In this document: one piece after another, positions 60,997-64,000 of the stretch
Layout of the letters: the number at the start of each line of letters is the position of its first letter
How positions within the stretch are numbered: the stretch's first letter is position 1
Assembly (NCBI GenBank): GCA_031835245.2
Contig: JAVKOQ020000057.1
Span: 62,001-126,000 of the forward strand
Origin: Balamuthia mandrillaris
Lineage: Eukaryota
Length of the DNA: 64,000 nt
Direction: 5' to 3'
The notes under the pieces: generated by a model
Databases searched by the model: none
What the model saw: the letters and a program-made list of their open reading frames with translations, nothing else
Told to the model about the DNA's origin: nothing
Translations under genes and position numbers: made by a program

Positions 60997-63447
60997 TCAG
61001 AAACGCCAAAAAAAGAAAATCCAAGAAAGAAAGGCAAACCATATTTTAGTGCCACCATGCACAGAAGCCGTCAAAAGCGCGTCATTAACGAAACAAAGGC
61101 TGGTGGGAAGTTCGATGGAAGCGGCAGAAGTAATGCAGACTTGGTGATGAGCGATTGGATCAAGCACAAGCGCTTCTTCGTAGGTTAGAGGTGGTACCAC
61201 CATTCCTGTTCGTTGTGCATAGGCTCTTCGTGTTGTCGGCTGTTTATTATGTCAGAAGCAGAACAAGAAGAAGAAGGTCAAGAACAAGAACAACCAAAAC
61301 AAAAGAATGTAACAAAGAATGAAATAAGCACCTCAACATAATCTGCAAAGTTGAACTCCCAAAAGAGGAGTTGAGTGTCCCTTCCCACAGAAGCAAATCG
61401 ATACTTTCCTTCATGTGGGTGGCAGTGCAGCGGATCAAAGGCCACCGCGTTGATCCACGACTTGTGACCCTCTCCTCGGGCCAAGAGACAAGGCCCTTCA
61501 TGCCGTTGTTGCCATCGAGCTACCACCGAATAAGTTCGAGTTCTGGTTCGTCGTTTTTGTTGAGAATCAGTTTTTGTTGGTGTGGAGGTTAAAGAAGAGG
61601 GATGAGAAGGAGAAGGGGCAGTTGGAAAGGGGTCGAATATGCTGACGAGATCGTCTTCTCCGCCGGTCTTTTGTTACATAACAATGGATAAGAGTTGGTT
61701 AATAGTGGAAAGCAGATTAACAGAGCATGCAGTGGTATACCAGGATAAAACGGTCGTCAGGGCTCCAAGCTACACAACGTAAACCACCAAAGAAGCTTTG
61801 AAAAGCTACCAATAAACTGAAGGGTTGCGAATAATGAGATAAATAGATGTGGGGGAAGCGAAAGAAAATGACGAAATGAGAGAGAGAGAGAGAGAGAGAG
61901 AGCCATTACGCTTGTTTGTGAAAGTCAAATACTCGAAGATATCCATCGGCACCAACAAGAGCTATATAACGTCCGCTATGAGAAAAGGCCAGATCTGTAG
62001 TGGATATGATTAGAGAACAAGGAAAGTGGGAGAACAGAGCAAGAAAAGACAAGACCATATATTGGTCTGGTGCTGACGTGCCAAACGGAGATAGGATTGT
62101 AACGAGAGAGCTGGTGACGGATGAAGAACTCTCCTTCTTCTTGTTTGACCGACTATAAACAATTACAAGAAACATGTCAGCTCTTAAAAGAAACGCTAAC
62201 AACGAAGGAAACGTAGAAACAAACAGAAAAACTGCAAGGAACAAAAAAAAACTGAGAGAGAGAGAGAGAGAAAAAACCTGAGAAGAAGTAGGAGAAGAAG
62301 AAAGAGGAGGATGCCACTGAAGCAAAGAAACATTGTCAGCCTCCTCTCTCTTCTTGTCGAGCAAGAACAAGTCCCCACCAGCCACCGCCACAAAGTGGTG
62401 CGAGGAATGGGGCAGCCACTTCACCAGCTTCACTGTCTCGTCTATCATGTTCTTCTGGTTGAAGAGGTGAGCAGCAGACTTTTTCTTTGTGGTTGGGCTG
62501 TTTGTTGTCGGTGTTGTTGTCGCCGTAACAAAAGGCAAACTTTTGAGGTAAATGACGTTGTTGGAGGAAGAAGAAGAAGAAGAGGAAGAAGAAGCGGAAG
62601 AGGTTGGTCTGGTGCAAGCGAGAAGCTCCAAGCGGTTGCGACCGACACGAACGTCATAGCTGACAACGGAGCTCGCGCTGAACACACTTCTCATAGGTTT
62701 TATCGGCGTTGCTGGTGCACGTGACGAAGAAGAAGAAGAAGCAGTTTGTTGCGGTTGCTGGCGTGAAGAGGCGGACAGATCGTACGGATAGAACAGAAGA
62801 GCGTCGTACGTATTGAAGCTAAAAAGAAAAGGAGTCGAAGCAGAAGAAGAAGAAGAAGAAGAAGCAGCAGCAGCAGCAGCAACTTCTTGTCTGTCTGTTC
62901 CTTCCTCTGATGGTCGCAGAGAAGCACTTGAGCTTGTTATTTTTTGAGGAGAAGAAAGAGGAGAGAAGGAAGGAGGAGAGAACGGAGGAGGGGAGGAAAG
63001 CGGAGAGAATGAAGGAGGGGAGGAAAAAGGAGAGAAAGAAGGAGGAGAGAAAGAACGCTGCGGAAAGAGCAGCGGCAGCGTTTTCGAAGATGATGAAGAA
63101 GTCGAGGAAGCGGAAGCAGCGGCGGAATCAGAGGAGCAAGTAGGGTGAGGAAAAAACAGGATCGTGGAAGACTCTTGTGGAGGAGGTCTTCTACTGCCAG
63201 GCAAAAAGGAAGCAGCGGAGGCGGACGCGCTTTTGATGGAAGAAGAAGAAGAACTCTCCCCTCCGTTTTCTAAATTGGTTTTGGGCGAGGGCGAAGTGGA
63301 AGCAGAAGAAGAAGAAGAACATTGATTCCGCGTGAGGTAGCGGTACTCGCCATCGGAAACGAGGGTGTAGACCCCCTCCGGCGCTTTGAAGGTGGGGCGG
63401 ATGGCTTGTAGCGTGCTGTCGCTTCTTCCTCGCATCCGTCCTTTCAT
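60997..63447 (-). CDS. WDR20: WD40 protein, WDR20/DMWD/CreC-like (multi-exon; 3' end approximate)
   Basis: FKAPEGVYTL, FSHSGRYIALVGADGYLRVFDF, FFGGLRCVAWSPDDRFI, GGEDDLVS, RGEGHKSWINAVAFD, YRFASVGRDTQLLFWE. Confidence 0.85.
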
Positions 63448-63763
63448 CTTCTTTGCTACTTTTTTGTTCGTTCAAAATAATCCATGACGACATGAAAAAA
63501 TGTTTAACTATCTCCTGTCCTGGCTCTTATCCTCTCCTTTGTCTTCCTCACCTGTCCTGGCTTCTGTCCTAGCTCCTAGCTGTCGACAACATTTAAGGCT
63601 TTAAATGTCGTGTCGTCCCGAAATTAAGCGTGAGAGGCAGAAAGAGGTGGGTTTTTGCGGGATTCTCTGCTAAAATCAGCTTCAACGCTGCTTTGCGTGA
63701 GTTTCCCTGCTACTGTTGCAAGTTTATTTTTTCAACTTTTCTATCGACAAACACGAACGAAAG

Positions 63764-64000
63764 ATGCGCGACCGCAAAGCCTACGATCGAGAGCGCTACC
63801 TTCAAAAGAAAAAAGAGAGGGAGGAGAAGAAAGCAGAGGAAAGGCGCCTGCAAGAGGCGAAGGAAATTCGACGGAAGAGGGCGGCTGAGGCTCAACGGCG
63901 GTATCAAGCTAGAAAAAAAGTAGAACGCGAGAAAGAAAAAGAACAAGAATCAAAGAAAGAAGCAGAGGCTCTGCGAAAAAAGCGGCTTCGACAGGAGCAA
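63764..64000 (+). CDS. 5' part of a K/R/E-rich coiled-coil protein, runs off the window
   Basis: ATG at 63764 opens MRDRKAYDRERYLQKKKEREEKK... with no stop to 64000; divergent from the WDR20-like gene. Confidence 0.45.
   Translation, partial: MRDRKAYDRERYLQKKKEREEKKAEERRLQEAKEIRRKRAAEAQRRYQARKKVEREKEKEQESKKEAEALRKKRLRQEQ

Overview
Gene-dense, intron-rich eukaryotic genomic DNA. It is very probably an amoebozoan of the Acanthamoeba/Balamuthia group: the 5S rRNA closely matches the Acanthamoeba-type sequence as I recall it, and introns are short GT-AG with CTAAC branch points and pyrimidine microsatellites. The window holds the 3' end of a tRNA, one intact 5S rRNA gene, a truncated fold-back 5S copy joined to a decayed Ty3/gypsy chromovirus-like element, and about 20 protein genes. 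These are a Zn deaminase, PHO8-like alkaline phosphatase, RPB5, M43 protease, FHA-CUE-PARP protein, F-box-ankyrin gene with an inverted pseudogene copy, frizzled-like GPCR, bHLH-ZIP factor, NTMT1, an ERI1-exonuclease/NTase-like/RNA-ligase-like fusion, ABCB half transporter, F-box-pseudoGTPase-CaaX protein, PNPOx-FNR oxidoreductase, SAM, HA-repeat and ARM proteins, a secreted Q/G-rich protein, two LRR proteins, a Vnx1-like CAX, DH-PH-RhoGAP and a WDR20-like protein. The strongest candidates for novelty are the three-domain RNA-end-processing fusion with apparently dead NTase and ligase modules, the FHA-CUE-PARP protein, the 5S/retroelement hairpin junction, a recurrent ATGACGACA promoter motif and an LRR fold-back. 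CDS spans include introns. Exon boundaries and domain calls come from reading motifs by eye; no searches were run.
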